From assembly GCA_031416075.1 (NCBI GenBank), contig JANOSY010000069.1, forward strand, positions 1-26,006: a stretch of DNA of 26,006 nt, given 5' to 3'. The DNA is from Candidatus Tenderia sp. Lineage in GTDB: Bacteria > Pseudomonadota > Gammaproteobacteria > Tenderiales > Tenderiaceae. The position numbers and the translations under genes are program-made. The notes under the pieces are model-generated. The model saw nothing but the letters and a program-made list of their open reading frames with translations, ran no database searches and had not been told where the DNA came from. Shown here piece after piece: positions 1-9,930 of this stretch (its first letter is position 1; every line of letters begins with the position of its first letter).

Positions 1-1131
1 ACTATGGGTGCGTACTATCAGCCTTCTGGTGTCGGTGTTTCAATCCGCTCCCACCGTTGTTGGTGGGAGTAACGAGTTTTAAAAATCTGTTGCTGTTGCA
101 CCACAGGTTTCAATCCGCTCCCACCGTTGTTGGTGGGAGTAACTCCATAAGGGGGCACATAATGTAGGGGATAAGAGTTTCAATCCGCTCCCACCGTTGT
201 TGGTGGGAGTAACATGGCTGGGTTTGAGGCTGCCAAGGCTGGTGTGCTGTTTCAATCCGCTCCCACCGTTGTTGGTGGGAGTAACTACCCTGACAGCACT
301 CAATATAGACCACGCTAAAGTTTCAATCCGCTCCCACCGTTGTTGGTGGGAGTAACGATGATGCAGCCCTCGAGATTGCCGGAGCGCTGGTTTCAATCCG
401 CTCCCACCGTTGTTGGTGGGAGTAACCTGGCGGCATTGACGTAAGTTTGCACAGGGTGCGTTTCAATCCGCTCCCACCGTTGTTGGTGGGAGTAACGTGA
501 GGCAGTGGTGTACTACCAGGTACTTTGGTGTTTCAATCCGCTCCCACCGTTGTTGGTGGGAGTAACAATGCTATGATAGACCTGATATGTAGAGCCGCAG
601 TTTCAATCCGCTCCCACCGTTGTTGGTGGGAGTAACATTCGATAAAATATGGTACCCGCTTTATAAACAGTTTCAATCCGCTCCCACCGTTGTTGGTGGG
701 AGTAACATCCCCGTTTTCACATATAATAGAATCAGTATCTGTTTCAATCCGCTCCCACCGTTGTTGGTGGGAGTAACATCCACAACGAGGGCGCTAACAT
801 CGACACAATGTTGTTTCAATCCGCTCCCACCGTTGTTGGTGGGAGTAACTGGTGGCAGCGACGGGTATTGCGTTGTTTTTCCTGTTTCAATCCGCTCCCA
901 CCGTTGTTGGTGGGAGTAACAATAATTATTTGTCATTATCCCTAAACTCTGTGTTTCAATCCGCTCCCACCGTTGTTGGTGGGAGTAACACAGCAAAATG
1001 CTCGACCTAATCCTAGCCCTCGTGTTTCAATCCGCTCCCACCGTTGTTGGTGGGAGTAACTTAGCTTTGTTGATGAGTAGGAGTTAACGATTATGTTTCA
1101 ATCCGCTCCCACCGTTGTTGGTGGGAGTAAC
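1..1131 (-). CRISPR. Type I-C CRISPR array, 16 complete identical 37-bp repeats (minus strand GTTACTCCCACCAACAACGGTGGGAGCGGATTGAAAC), spacers 32-35 bp; truncated at left window edge
   Basis: Repeats start at 37, 107, 177, 249, 320, 390, 460, 530, 600, 670, 741, 813, 884, 953, 1024 and 1095. Bases 1-2 (ac) fit the end of a further repeat, making 3-36 another spacer. The repeat has an 8-bp stem CTCCCACC/GGTGGGAG with a 6-nt loop and a 3' ATTGAAAC end. Orientation is inferred from that end and from the leader beside cas2. Confidence 0.99.
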
Positions 1132-1312
1132 AGCCTTTCGGCAACTGCATAATATGTGGAAACATTTGCCTTGGCCAGCGCGAACGCTTGCCTCATGACA
1201 ACTGCTTCTACAATATTCAATCCCTGTTTTTTAAAGATCACTGGTTTCTCAATGGGTTAAGGGGGCCGCGAACCTGCCGGGAATTTAGCGGGCGCTTGGG
1301 GTTCGCGTTAGC
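1132..1312 (-). promoter_or_regulatory. CRISPR leader
   Basis: Non-coding 181 bp between the cas2 stop and the first repeat, with an AT-rich core. CGCGAAC occurs at 1179-1185 and 1267-1273, and its inverse GTTCGCG at 1301-1307. Confidence 0.88.
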
Positions 1313-1603
1313 CTAGATAATCAATGTGTCATCAAAATCAACTGCGCGGAACTTGCCGTACTCCTTTATATATCGATCCGTCGGTTCATGTAGTCTGTAC
1401 AGGCGGAGATTGTCTTCTTTATCATTAATTATCTCTGTCAGTTCCCGTTCCAAAGATTCATATCCCATTTGATCTACCTTGCATTCGAAGACGGATTTTT
1501 GTACCCGCTGACCATAGTTCAAACAAGTTTTGGCAACTTGTCTAAGGCGGCGACGCCCTTCGGGGGTCTCTGTGGAGACGTCGTAGGTTATCAAGATCAA
1601 CAT
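1313..1603 (-). CDS. cas2: CRISPR-associated endonuclease Cas2
   Basis: 96 aa, MLILITYDV start, RVQKSVFEC motif; start overlaps the cas1 stop by 1 nt. Confidence 0.97.
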   Translation of the reverse strand: MLILITYDVSTETPEGRRRLRQVAKTCLNYGQRVQKSVFECKVDQMGYESLERELTEIINDKEDNLRLYRLHEPTDRYIKEYGKFRAVDFDDTLII

Positions 1604-2640
1604 CAGCCACGACTCACAAAAGGTAGATAACCGTCCATATCGCCACGTAGGGTTCTTGCCAATAACCGGGCTTGAATGTGTGGCAACAAGCCGATGGCGA
1701 TTTGGGTTTCCAGCAGTGGATGTGAAATCTCTTCCTGCTTGCGTGCTTGATAGGCGGTGATGACCTTTTTTCGCCCAGCATCGTTTAGATAAGTGGCGCC
1801 ACCCACGCGCTCATCAAAATCATCGCCATTGATCTGTTCACGGTTTATCAGTGTCAGCGCTAGCCGGTCGGCAATTGCCGATCTGAACTCTTCCATTAAA
1901 TCCAATGCCAGCGCCGCGCGTCCTGGTCGCACGGCATGGAGAAAGCCTAGCTGTGGATCAAGGCCAACACCTTCCAGAGCGGAGCGACAGTCGTTCATCA
2001 ACATCGAATAGAGAAACGACAACAGAGCGTTGATACGATCCAGAGGTGGCCGACGGCTGCGGCCATTCATGGCGAATATTTCTCGCTTGTCTTGCCGCAT
2101 CACATTGCTCAAAACGCCAAAATAGACTCGGGCGCCGTCCCCCTCCAGCCCCCTAACCTCATCCAGACTCAGCGCGTGCGGCAGACGTTCAATCTGTCTT
2201 GCCATCAACTTTGTGGCATGACGCAGGGCTTCGCTATCCTCCTCTGACTTTGCGTCACGCGCCGCCCGCATCAGTAGCTGTCGGCTGTTTTGCAATTTTC
2301 CCGCAACACAGGCACGAGCTACATCAAGGGCGAATCCAGCCTCTGCTTCCTTTTTAAACTGCGCTTGGCGCAACAGGATGTTGCCACTCACGGGGCCTTC
2401 CACCCGCGCCCTGAAACGGCCATTACGATCAAGATAGACAACTGAGCGCCCATCCGCTGCACACCTCCCGATCAGGGACGGCGTGATCATCACATCACCA
2501 AAACAGACAATGGCTCCCAGGTGGTGAAGCGGTACTTGCAATTTCTTCTCGTGTTCTACCAATACATGCAGCGTATCGCCATCGAGCCGAAGATAGGCAT
2601 CGGGCACGGTGACATAGAGTGTGTTTAATAGTTGTTGCAT
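1603..2640 (-). CDS. cas1: Type I-C CRISPR-associated endonuclease Cas1
   Basis: 345 aa; LLNTLYV N-terminus, RGLEGxxARVYF, [21 protein letters not shown] and [10 protein letters not shown] motifs. Confidence 0.98.
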   Translation of the reverse strand: MQQLLNTLYVTVPDAYLRLDGDTLHVLVEHEKKLQVPLHHLGAIVCFGDVMITPSLIGRCAADGRSVVYLDRNGRFRARVEGPVSGNILLRQAQFKKEAEAGFALDVARACVAGKLQNSRQLLMRAARDAKSEEDSEALRHATKLMARQIERLPHALSLDEVRGLEGDGARVYFGVLSNVMRQDKREIFAMNGRSRRPPLDRINALLSFLYSMLMNDCRSALEGVGLDPQLGFLHAVRPGRAALALDLMEEFRSAIADRLALTLINREQINGDDFDERVGGATYLNDAGRKKVITAYQARKQEEISHPLLETQIAIGLLPHIQARLLARTLRGDMDGYLPFVSRG

Positions 2641-3281
2641 CAGGACTCTTCCGATCTAAACAGGGCTACACGTAGTGTTGACTGCCGCTCTTTTTCAGCC
2701 ACCACTTCTGGCTGACAGGCATCTTTAAGTGAGCAGTGCTGACAACGTTTATCATTTAATGGGGGCGGCAAGGTGGCTGAGGCCAACATCGCGCGCACGG
2801 CGAGGGTGATCGACTCAACCTGCTGCCGCAACGCTGCCGTTATCTTTACCTCACGACGGCGACGCGAACCGTGGTGGTAGATCGCGCCTTCTGGAATTTC
2901 CTTGCCAGTCATCTCCTCCAGACAGATGGCCTGCCCCGCCAGTTGCAGATCGTCATGCTCATGCTCGCGACGCGGACCGTGTTTGTATTCGACGGGATAA
3001 GGCGCGCCATCCAGCAGAAACTCCACCATATCGGCTTTGCCTGTTAACCCCAGACGTTTACAAAACAGCGGCAAGGCTCGCTCAACGCGAATTCCATCCT
3101 CCATGGCGGACTCTGGTGTATCGACATGACGATGCACTGCCTGCCCGCGCAGTGTGTAGAGATTTTCATCAAAGGTCTGTTCTTGATGAATCAAGGCACA
3201 CTGGCGCGGGCAGTAACTGTAGTGTTGCAGGGCGGAGAGTGGAATCCACTCCTCCTCCGCCCATTCACGGCTTGGCTCCAC
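2640..3281 (-). CDS. cas4: CRISPR-associated exonuclease Cas4
   Basis: 213 aa, GTG start; YCPRQ, GKADMVEF, PVEYKHG nuclease motifs and C-terminal CxxCxxxxxC Fe-S cysteines. Confidence 0.96.
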   Translation of the reverse strand: MEPSREWAEEEWIPLSALQHYSYCPRQCALIHQEQTFDENLYTLRGQAVHRHVDTPESAMEDGIRVERALPLFCKRLGLTGKADMVEFLLDGAPYPVEYKHGPRREHEHDDLQLAGQAICLEEMTGKEIPEGAIYHHGSRRRREVKITAALRQQVESITLAVRAMLASATLPPPLNDKRCQHCSLKDACQPEVVAEKERQSTLRVALFRSEES

Positions 3282-3283
3282 GG

Positions 3284-4171
3284 TTACCCCACCAACCGTT
3301 GCAGCTCCACTCCAACGGGCCAGTTTGATTCATCAAGGGTCACTGCATAATCCTTGAAGTCGCGGGCGGGCAGTGATGCGTCTTTGGCCTGGACCTCGAT
3401 CCGGTCAAACATGGCGTGAGCCGGGGCATTGCCCAGTTTGTTGTTGTGTTTAAACACATAAAGACCACGGGTCGCCATCAGACCACGAGCGGCTGAGTGG
3501 TCATGTTCAAACATATTGGTGATGGATTCCCACAACAGGTTCAGATCATCCTCGGTAAATCCGGTTTGATTTGCCAGATGGGCAGAGACAAAACCGTGGG
3601 CACGGTAAAGGCCATAAGGGACCGTGAACTTGCGCCCCATAGTGCGGTTGTCGCCATCCTGCTTTTCAGCCTCTGCCTCGGTTGCTACTGCCATGCGGGT
3701 GATGGAGTGTTCACTTGAGACCACTGAATCAATCGAACGGGCAAAGGTTAATTGCACCGGGCCACGCACTTGGCCACAGTTAATGCCGGTAGACATAACT
3801 GCGCCAAAGGTGCGCACATCAAAAAAGTTTTTACACATCCAGTCTCTGGCTTTTGGAACATCATCCTTACCACCCTTTCGTTTGCCTTCCTTGCCACTCA
3901 TATCCAGCTCAAGAGATTTATAGGCACGCTCGTGCTGCTGGTTCAGAATCGCTTTTTCTTTTACATAGATTTCATAGGGCGGCTGCTCTTCACGGGCAAG
4001 CCCCACATAGTTGCGTACCTTGCGTTTCAAACAGACATCCGTCACCAACCCCATACCAGTCTCGGCATCCACGCGTGGTAGATTGCCTGCGTCTGGATCA
4101 CCATTGGGGTTGCCATCTTTCACATCGAACAACAATACAAAGTCATAACGATTATTGATTGCCTGGCTCAT
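3284..4171 (-). CDS. cas7c: Type I-C Cas7/Csd2 backbone subunit
   Basis: 295 aa; [46 protein letters not shown] and HDHSAARG. Confidence 0.97.
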   Translation of the reverse strand: MSQAINNRYDFVLLFDVKDGNPNGDPDAGNLPRVDAETGMGLVTDVCLKRKVRNYVGLAREEQPPYEIYVKEKAILNQQHERAYKSLELDMSGKEGKRKGGKDDVPKARDWMCKNFFDVRTFGAVMSTGINCGQVRGPVQLTFARSIDSVVSSEHSITRMAVATEAEAEKQDGDNRTMGRKFTVPYGLYRAHGFVSAHLANQTGFTEDDLNLLWESITNMFEHDHSAARGLMATRGLYVFKHNNKLGNAPAHAMFDRIEVQAKDASLPARDFKDYAVTLDESNWPVGVELQRLVG

Positions 4172-4173
4172 AT

Positions 4174-4542
4174 TTACTCTCCTTGATCTTGATCTGAATG
4201 TTTTTTGAAAAAGTCGTGGCGCTGGTGGTAGTAACCAATGGCAAAGCGGCCTTGATCCTCCAGCTTTAAATGGGCGGGAAAGTTATTGAAGCCATCAACG
4301 ATGGTGCCGATCAGCTTCTCCAGATTGACGGCCCGCCCTTTGTGGAGCTTGCCGAGATGATGGTTTTTCAACCGCATCAGGGTGGAAAACACCGTCACCG
4401 GTGTACTGGCTGCCGAGCTGTAGTAACGATCACGAATGGTGGCATTGAGGCCGGGGCTGGCCTCCTCCTGTATTTTTTCCAGCACGGCAAACAGCCGCCC
4501 CAACCGGTAACCGATATTTTGATTGCTTTCATCCAGCGCCAT
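4174..4542 (-). CDS. cas11c: Predicted Cas11c small subunit from an internal in-frame start in cas8c (122 aa, [12 protein letters not shown]...)
   Basis: Minus strand reads AAGGAGG (4557-4551), 8 nt, then ATG at 4542, in frame with cas8c and at the start of the helical C-terminal domain. Confidence 0.8.
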   Translation of the reverse strand: MALDESNQNIGYRLGRLFAVLEKIQEEASPGLNATIRDRYYSSAASTPVTVFSTLMRLKNHHLGKLHKGRAVNLEKLIGTIVDGFNNFPAHLKLEDQGRFAIGYYHQRHDFFKKHSDQDQGE

Positions 4543-5904
4543 CTTTAGTTCCTCCTTTATCTCTGGGTTTTTATATCTTGTCATTCGATTGATACAGCCC
4601 TTGATCAGGGCTGCTCTTGCATAGGTTATTTCGTGTTCTGCATGAATGCGGCGCACCGCCGAGGCCAACAGGGTTTGTGGATAGGGCAGACCCGCGAGTA
4701 TTGTGCGCATGAACTCCCCTGCCAGATTGGCGGGGATGTTATCTGCCTTGCCCAGCGTTGCCGTTGAGACCAACAGCCGGAACAGTGGCAGATGCGGCAG
4801 CTGATTGGGTCCATGTTCAATCGCAATATCATCAAAGTGCTGGCGGATTGTTTTGGCTACCTCAGCCACAGTTGCCACATGCCAGAAGCGCACGGCAATA
4901 CGGGCGGCATTGGGGGCAAGACCGAGAATGTAGAAGCGGGTATCGCCTTCGGGGCGCTCCAACAACCCCGCGTTAATCGAGCGGTACAGCGCGGCCACGG
5001 CTGGGGCACGTTGATCCGGATTATCTTTGGGTGATTCACCAAATATGTCGGGGATCATAGTTTCGAAGTCACTGGGTTTTTCAGACCAAAAGACCGTTGA
5101 GGCGTCGCCCACCTGTATGCGTTGGCGTGAGCCTTTGCGTAGCAGATGATTTAGCGCGGTGGTATAGGCAAAGGCGGCTTGCTTTCCTACCGGTGAGTTT
5201 TCGCCCTGCGTTTTACCGTAAGAGTTAAACGCATTCAGATTAAAGGAAACGATATTGGCACCCGAACTTTGCGCACCCCACACCCCTTTTATTGTGGTGT
5301 GAAGCCGCTCCATCTCATCTGGCTTACCACTCACCAGACAGAGATGACTCACTGCCTCGTCACCGGCGCTGACGTTCTTTTTCACTTCCGCCACAACCAC
5401 AGGCCGCTGGCAAATCAGAGCAGTCTCGCCATGCAGACGAAAGCTCATATTGGGATTGGACTCTTTTATCTCGCCCCATAATGGACGCAGCTCCAGCTCA
5501 GCCAAATTCAGCCCTTCGAGAAAGACAAGCACGGCCTTGATCCCGACATCGTTTTGCACATCGTTTGACAGCTCATTGAGTCGTGAAATAAAGGCAGCAT
5601 GTTGCTCTACGACCCGTTCTGGTTTTCCTCTTGTATCAACACCCAAGGCATACTCCAGATTGTCCCATAGTAAATTTGCTGCAATGTTTGATGCTCTTTT
5701 CACCCCCTGCGGTACCAGATAACTCTTGGCTGTTTTGCTTTTTCCCTGGCCTTCGCGGGTGTCGTGAATCTCGACTAGCTCACCTGTGGCGTTGATCTCT
5801 ATAACAAAGGGAATCTCCTTCAGCTCAAACCCAAACGGTGCCAGCCGGTCATCGTCATCTTCAGATTTGCGGTCGTAGTAATCATTCAACGCTTGCAGGA
5901 TCAT
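4174..5904 (-). CDS. cas8c: Type I-C Cas8c/Csd1 large subunit
   Basis: 576 aa; [52 protein letters not shown] and FAIGYYHQ; lies between cas5 and cas7. Confidence 0.96.
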   Translation of the reverse strand: MILQALNDYYDRKSEDDDDRLAPFGFELKEIPFVIEINATGELVEIHDTREGQGKSKTAKSYLVPQGVKRASNIAANLLWDNLEYALGVDTRGKPERVVEQHAAFISRLNELSNDVQNDVGIKAVLVFLEGLNLAELELRPLWGEIKESNPNMSFRLHGETALICQRPVVVAEVKKNVSAGDEAVSHLCLVSGKPDEMERLHTTIKGVWGAQSSGANIVSFNLNAFNSYGKTQGENSPVGKQAAFAYTTALNHLLRKGSRQRIQVGDASTVFWSEKPSDFETMIPDIFGESPKDNPDQRAPAVAALYRSINAGLLERPEGDTRFYILGLAPNAARIAVRFWHVATVAEVAKTIRQHFDDIAIEHGPNQLPHLPLFRLLVSTATLGKADNIPANLAGEFMRTILAGLPYPQTLLASAVRRIHAEHEITYARAALIKGCINRMTRYKNPEIKEELKMALDESNQNIGYRLGRLFAVLEKIQEEASPGLNATIRDRYYSSAASTPVTVFSTLMRLKNHHLGKLHKGRAVNLEKLIGTIVDGFNNFPAHLKLEDQGRFAIGYYHQRHDFFKKHSDQDQGE

Positions 5905-6614
5905 TTCATCACCTCCGCGCTGTTCAGCGCAGGCACGATGATCACGCCATCATTCATCTGGGCACGGAAGAACATCGGTTGTGGTTCTTGCGGGTTGCTG
6001 TAGTCCAGGTCGTAGAGCATCCAGCCGAGATCACGGTTCTCTTGGATCGGCGAAGCGGTTGTCTCGCCATCAGCCACCAGACAAAAATCAGCGGCGAACT
6101 CGCGACACCCCAGGTAGGGTTGATTGAAACATTGGCCTTTGCTGGCGCGCCGTTCAAACATGGCGGCAAACTTGATGACGGAGTTGGGTGATGAATCCTC
6201 TTCCGAGACAGGGCTCAGGTGAGGGTAGTTGTGTGTATGACTACTGCCGTCCTGCATCTCAAACCAACCATGGATGCGATAACGCACGTCGCGCAGAAAC
6301 AGACCGGCCCGCTGCTGGCGCTCATCTTCGATATTGATTCCCAGCAAGCCGGTTCCGGCGTTCATGGCGGTCTGGATATTTCGCACCGAGGCGACACAAC
6401 CGACTTCGTTGCGCCGCAGGTTGATCCACTTGACGGGATTCAGCACTTCGATCTTGGTCACATGCCAGCGTATCGCCGGTTTCCAGAGAATGGCTTCGAA
6501 CACGGCGCGGGCGGCCGAGGGCGTCATCACGTCGTAACTGACACGCTCCACCTTCATCTCTGGCCGGGTAAAACAGGCGAAGTCCCCCGACACATCTAAA
6601 CAATATGTTTTCAT
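5901..6614 (-). CDS. cas5c: Type I-C Cas5 (Cas5d) crRNA-processing subunit
   Basis: GDFACFTRPEMKVERVSYDVMTPSAARAVFEAILWKP and GQCFNQPYLGCREF. ATG at 6614 preferred over GTG at 6620 because AGGAGG lies 5 nt upstream of the ATG. Confidence 0.97.
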   Translation of the reverse strand: MKTYCLDVSGDFACFTRPEMKVERVSYDVMTPSAARAVFEAILWKPAIRWHVTKIEVLNPVKWINLRRNEVGCVASVRNIQTAMNAGTGLLGINIEDERQQRAGLFLRDVRYRIHGWFEMQDGSSHTHNYPHLSPVSEEDSSPNSVIKFAAMFERRASKGQCFNQPYLGCREFAADFCLVADGETTASPIQENRDLGWMLYDLDYSNPQEPQPMFFRAQMNDGVIIVPALNSAEVMK

Positions 6615-6624
6615 TGTCACCTCC

Positions 6625-8844
6625 TTATAAAACCAATGATTCCTGGCTGACGTTGGTCTCGCCCACCATTAAACCCAATCTCATGTCGTACAGCACATCC
6701 GATGCCTGCACATACAACCCGGCATAGGCTTCTCGAACATCGCCATTTTTTTGTAACTCTTTGAACTGGTACTGGGGCACGTTGACGCAGTAGCGCTGGA
6801 GCTTGCGCATCAACCAACGTTCTGGCCCCTCCTTTTGCAACCTGCCAATCAGGGTACAACTGGCATCGTCGTAATAGACAAAGATGGATTGATAACCAGA
6901 CTCTTCGATGAGTTTGAAACGTTCGGCAGCGGTGCGGAACTGAACCTGGGCCTGGCCGGCCTCACTGCCGAGCAGATGGTCAATGTCGTGTTTATCCCAT
7001 GAGTGGGCGGTGGCGTAAAACTGTTCGAAGTAACGCCGGAAGTTGTCACGCGTCAGTGGTGGGCCGTCATGACCAGCAAGGATGGAAGTTGTGGTCTGTT
7101 CCGCCCGGCGCAAATGACCAACGGGCGATGGCTTGGGGGGTACAAATACCACCACCCTTCCGCGATGCAGGTTGCCTTCACGGTTGCATCGCCCCGCTGC
7201 CTGGGCGATGGAGTCAAGCCCGGCCATGGCACGATAGACGACGGGGAAATCCATATCCACCCCAGCTTCAACCAACTGGGTGCTCACCACACGGGTGGGC
7301 ATGTTGTCCTTGAGTCGTTGTTTGATTTTCTGAATCACCTGGGAGCGGTGCTCGCCACACATCAAGGCCGAGAGGTGAAGGGTGCCGCTCGGCATGTAGC
7401 GATGTAGCTCGCGGGCATCTTTACGGGTATTGACGATGGCCAACACTGACTCATGCTGACCAATAACCTCTGCCATTTCGGGCCAGCTGTTGGTTTTGTG
7501 CATCTCGGCTGGTAGCTCGACGGTTACCCGTTCCAGATTTTCATATAGCGCTTCGGGATCATCAACGATCTCGCGCACCTCATCCAGCCCTTTAAACTTC
7601 CAGTCAAAACCGGCACGGCTGCCCAGCGCGGGTTGGGTGGCGGTGGAGATAACAAAGGTGACCTTGTAATGTTTGGCCAGTTGATTCATGACATTGAGGA
7701 TCGGTTGCAGGAACTCAGGCGGCAGCAGCTGAGCTTCATCCAGCACCACCACACTGTTTACGATGTTGTGCAATTTTCGGCAGCTGCTGGTGCGTGAAGC
7801 AAACAGTGATTCAAAAAATTGGACGTTGGTGGTGACGATCACGGGCGCATCCCAGTTTTCAGTGGCCAGCCTTGATTGTTTGCTCTCGTGTTTTTCATCG
7901 GGATCAATATTGCTGTGATGCTCAACCACACCATTCACAAAGATGCTGCGGAAGATATTGGCGGTCTGTTCGATGATGCTGGTATAGGGGATTACATAGA
8001 TGATGCGTTGCTTTTTGTGCGCCTGTGCATGATCAAGCGCAAAGGCGAGGCTGGAGAGTGTTTTTCCGCCACCGGTTGGCACGGTTAACGAGAAGATTCC
8101 TCCCTGTTCCAGCGCCTTGAGGCGACACTGCTGTAACACCTGATGGCGGATACGATTGACGGGGGTTTGCTCGGCACCTGAGAACGTGGCCATGTGCTGA
8201 TCAAACTGATTTTTTAAAACATCCAGATTTGGATAACCGCTACGTTTATATGATTTGTTTTCATCCATAAACTCTTCGGTATCGAGAAAATCGGCATCGA
8301 CCAGACAGGAGAAGAGCATACGCACCCATAACGCAAAGCCCTCTTTACCACCTAGCGGAGGGCTGGTCGGTTTTGTTAAATTCAGAATTCCATCCGGAAC
8401 ATCATCAGGAAGATTTGCCATACGAACTTTGTTTTCATCCATACGCCCCCTAAGTGCCCGGCCACTGGCTTCATCCTTTTCCCAATCCGGCAGTCCCGCA
8501 TGGTGGCCTGCAACTATATAGGCGACTACCCGGCCAAGTACCTCGAACTTTTCCACCGCCAATATCGCACCAATAATGGAGTGGTCCACCCTGCCTGCAC
8601 GTCCTTCCATGTGTGCATCCGGATCATAGCCAGAGACTACTTTTATGCGCCGCTGAAAATCGTCGAGGTACTTGCCCAGGTCATGCCAAAACCCTGCCAG
8701 CGCTGCCCAGTCGCCGCCCCCAAAGAGAGTTGCAAACACCTCAGCCCGTTTAGCCACACCTTCAAGATGCTCTTCAAGCGTGTGGATTACCCACTGACCA
8801 TCAAGCGCTTGCCTAACGTGTGCGATATATTTTTCCTCATTCAT
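6625..8844 (-). CDS. cas3: Cas3 HD nuclease-helicase
   Basis: 739 aa; HTLEEHL, HDLGK, GHHAG and LVDADFLD (HD domain); PTGGGKT, DEAQ, STAT and QAAGRCNR helicase motifs. Confidence 0.98.
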   Translation of the reverse strand: MNEEKYIAHVRQALDGQWVIHTLEEHLEGVAKRAEVFATLFGGGDWAALAGFWHDLGKYLDDFQRRIKVVSGYDPDAHMEGRAGRVDHSIIGAILAVEKFEVLGRVVAYIVAGHHAGLPDWEKDEASGRALRGRMDENKVRMANLPDDVPDGILNLTKPTSPPLGGKEGFALWVRMLFSCLVDADFLDTEEFMDENKSYKRSGYPNLDVLKNQFDQHMATFSGAEQTPVNRIRHQVLQQCRLKALEQGGIFSLTVPTGGGKTLSSLAFALDHAQAHKKQRIIYVIPYTSIIEQTANIFRSIFVNGVVEHHSNIDPDEKHESKQSRLATENWDAPVIVTTNVQFFESLFASRTSSCRKLHNIVNSVVVLDEAQLLPPEFLQPILNVMNQLAKHYKVTFVISTATQPALGSRAGFDWKFKGLDEVREIVDDPEALYENLERVTVELPAEMHKTNSWPEMAEVIGQHESVLAIVNTRKDARELHRYMPSGTLHLSALMCGEHRSQVIQKIKQRLKDNMPTRVVSTQLVEAGVDMDFPVVYRAMAGLDSIAQAAGRCNREGNLHRGRVVVFVPPKPSPVGHLRRAEQTTTSILAGHDGPPLTRDNFRRYFEQFYATAHSWDKHDIDHLLGSEAGQAQVQFRTAAERFKLIEESGYQSIFVYYDDASCTLIGRLQKEGPERWLMRKLQRYCVNVPQYQFKELQKNGDVREAYAGLYVQASDVLYDMRLGLMVGETNVSQESLVL

Positions 8845-8888
8845 TTAATTGCCCTCTGATTCACAGATTACGCAAAAATATTTGTCTG

Positions 8889-8928
8889 ACTTTATTAATG
8901 TCACCGTTGTACCACAAGCGGTGTTCCA
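8889..8928 (-). promoter_or_regulatory. Candidate cas3 promoter/operator (imperfect palindrome plus -10-like TAAAGT)
   Basis: TGTACCAC-N5-GTGTTCCA at 8908-8928 (6 of 8 positions symmetric); minus-strand TAAAGT at 8894-8889. Not validated. Confidence 0.35.
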
Positions 8929-8961
8929 TCCCGCGATACACCCCATAACCCCATCCAATGT

Positions 8962-9930
8962 TTATTTATATTGATTTACCGCCTGCTCCAGTCGCACCTT
9001 CACCGCCTGCCGTAGCTCTTCTGGCGCAACGACTTCTACGTCGGGGCCGTACTTCAATATATCCATTAATAATTCTTGGGGTTTTCTGTAGGGGATTTTT
9101 AGCTCATAACGTCCGTCGGTTAAAAACCGCGCTTGCTGTTTTGGGTGCCATGTCTCCTCGGCTACCCAGCGGGCACGATATTCGTTGAAGATGAGCACGG
9201 CGATGTTGTTACTTTTTCCGGCAAATATTCCGTAGGCGTCGGCGAAGTGTTCGGTTAGTGTCTGTTGGTCGATCTGCTGACTTATTTTGTCTAGCAGACT
9301 GATCTGTTTGATACGGTCGATGGCAAAATTGCGCAGTGCCTGGCGCTGGTGGCAGTAACCATCCAGATACCAGTTGTCGCGGTAACGAACGATGCGTTGC
9401 GGGCTGACGATACGCTGGCTGATCTGATTGCTTTCGCGGGTGTGGTAGGTGATCTGAATCTGACGATTTTGCAACACCCCTTCGGCGACTTGTTGAAAGG
9501 CATCACCGCCACTGCGTACGCCAATGCCGAGTAACCGGATCGATTTTTTTATCTCTCCATGACCAAACTGTTTGCTGGCCAGCAGTGTTTCAATCCGTTT
9601 TTCAAAGGGGCGTAGCTGTTCTGAAAGTATGCCCGGCTGCAGATCGTCCAGAAGTTGGCTCAGGATGGCGAGTGATTGTAGCTCTTGGGTATTGAACCAG
9701 AGGCCGGGGAGTTCGTATGGCGGATCTGTTGCTTTATGGTTGTAGTACCAGCCGTTGGCTTTGGAGTCGTATTCCAGTGGTGCACCAAGAAAATCCTGCA
9801 TATAGCTGATGATACGAACGATGGTGCCACGTTTGCACTCCAGCGCCCGTTCGATTTGCAGACGCGATATTGGATATCGGGCAGCACTTAGCAGTTTATG
9901 CAGCGCATAAATACGATCGAACTTATCCAA
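8962..9930 (-). CDS. HTH-WYL(-WCX) domain transcriptional regulator, PafB/PafC/YafY-like
   Basis: 322 aa, TTG start; N-terminal HTH, RIVSPQRIVRYRDNWYLDGYCHQRQALRNFAIDRI WYL core and YGPDVEVVAPEELR C-terminal motif. Confidence 0.93.
   Translation of the reverse strand: MDKFDRIYALHKLLSAARYPISRLQIERALECKRGTIVRIISYMQDFLGAPLEYDSKANGWYYNHKATDPPYELPGLWFNTQELQSLAILSQLLDDLQPGILSEQLRPFEKRIETLLASKQFGHGEIKKSIRLLGIGVRSGGDAFQQVAEGVLQNRQIQITYHTRESNQISQRIVSPQRIVRYRDNWYLDGYCHQRQALRNFAIDRIKQISLLDKISQQIDQQTLTEHFADAYGIFAGKSNNIAVLIFNEYRARWVAEETWHPKQQARFLTDGRYELKIPYRKPQELLMDILKYGPDVEVVAPEELRQAVKVRLEQAVNQYK

Noticed and set aside
79-996. ORFs overlapping the array (79..396, 110..313, 620..919, 673..996)
   Set aside because: They are translations of repeats and spacers (recurring YSHQQRWERIET and VTPTNNGGSGLK).
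3-1094. Self-targeting spacers, and an A bias at the first spacer base (9 of 16 on the minus strand)
   Set aside because: No spacer match was noticed within the window by eye (not exhaustive). The bias rests on too small a sample.
1313-8844. Absence of cas6 as an anomaly
   Set aside because: Normal for type I-C, where Cas5c processes the crRNA.
8902-8910. CACCGTTGT, shared with the repeat, as a degenerate mini-array upstream of cas3
   Set aside because: Only 9 nt, with no handle and no second repeat at spacer distance.
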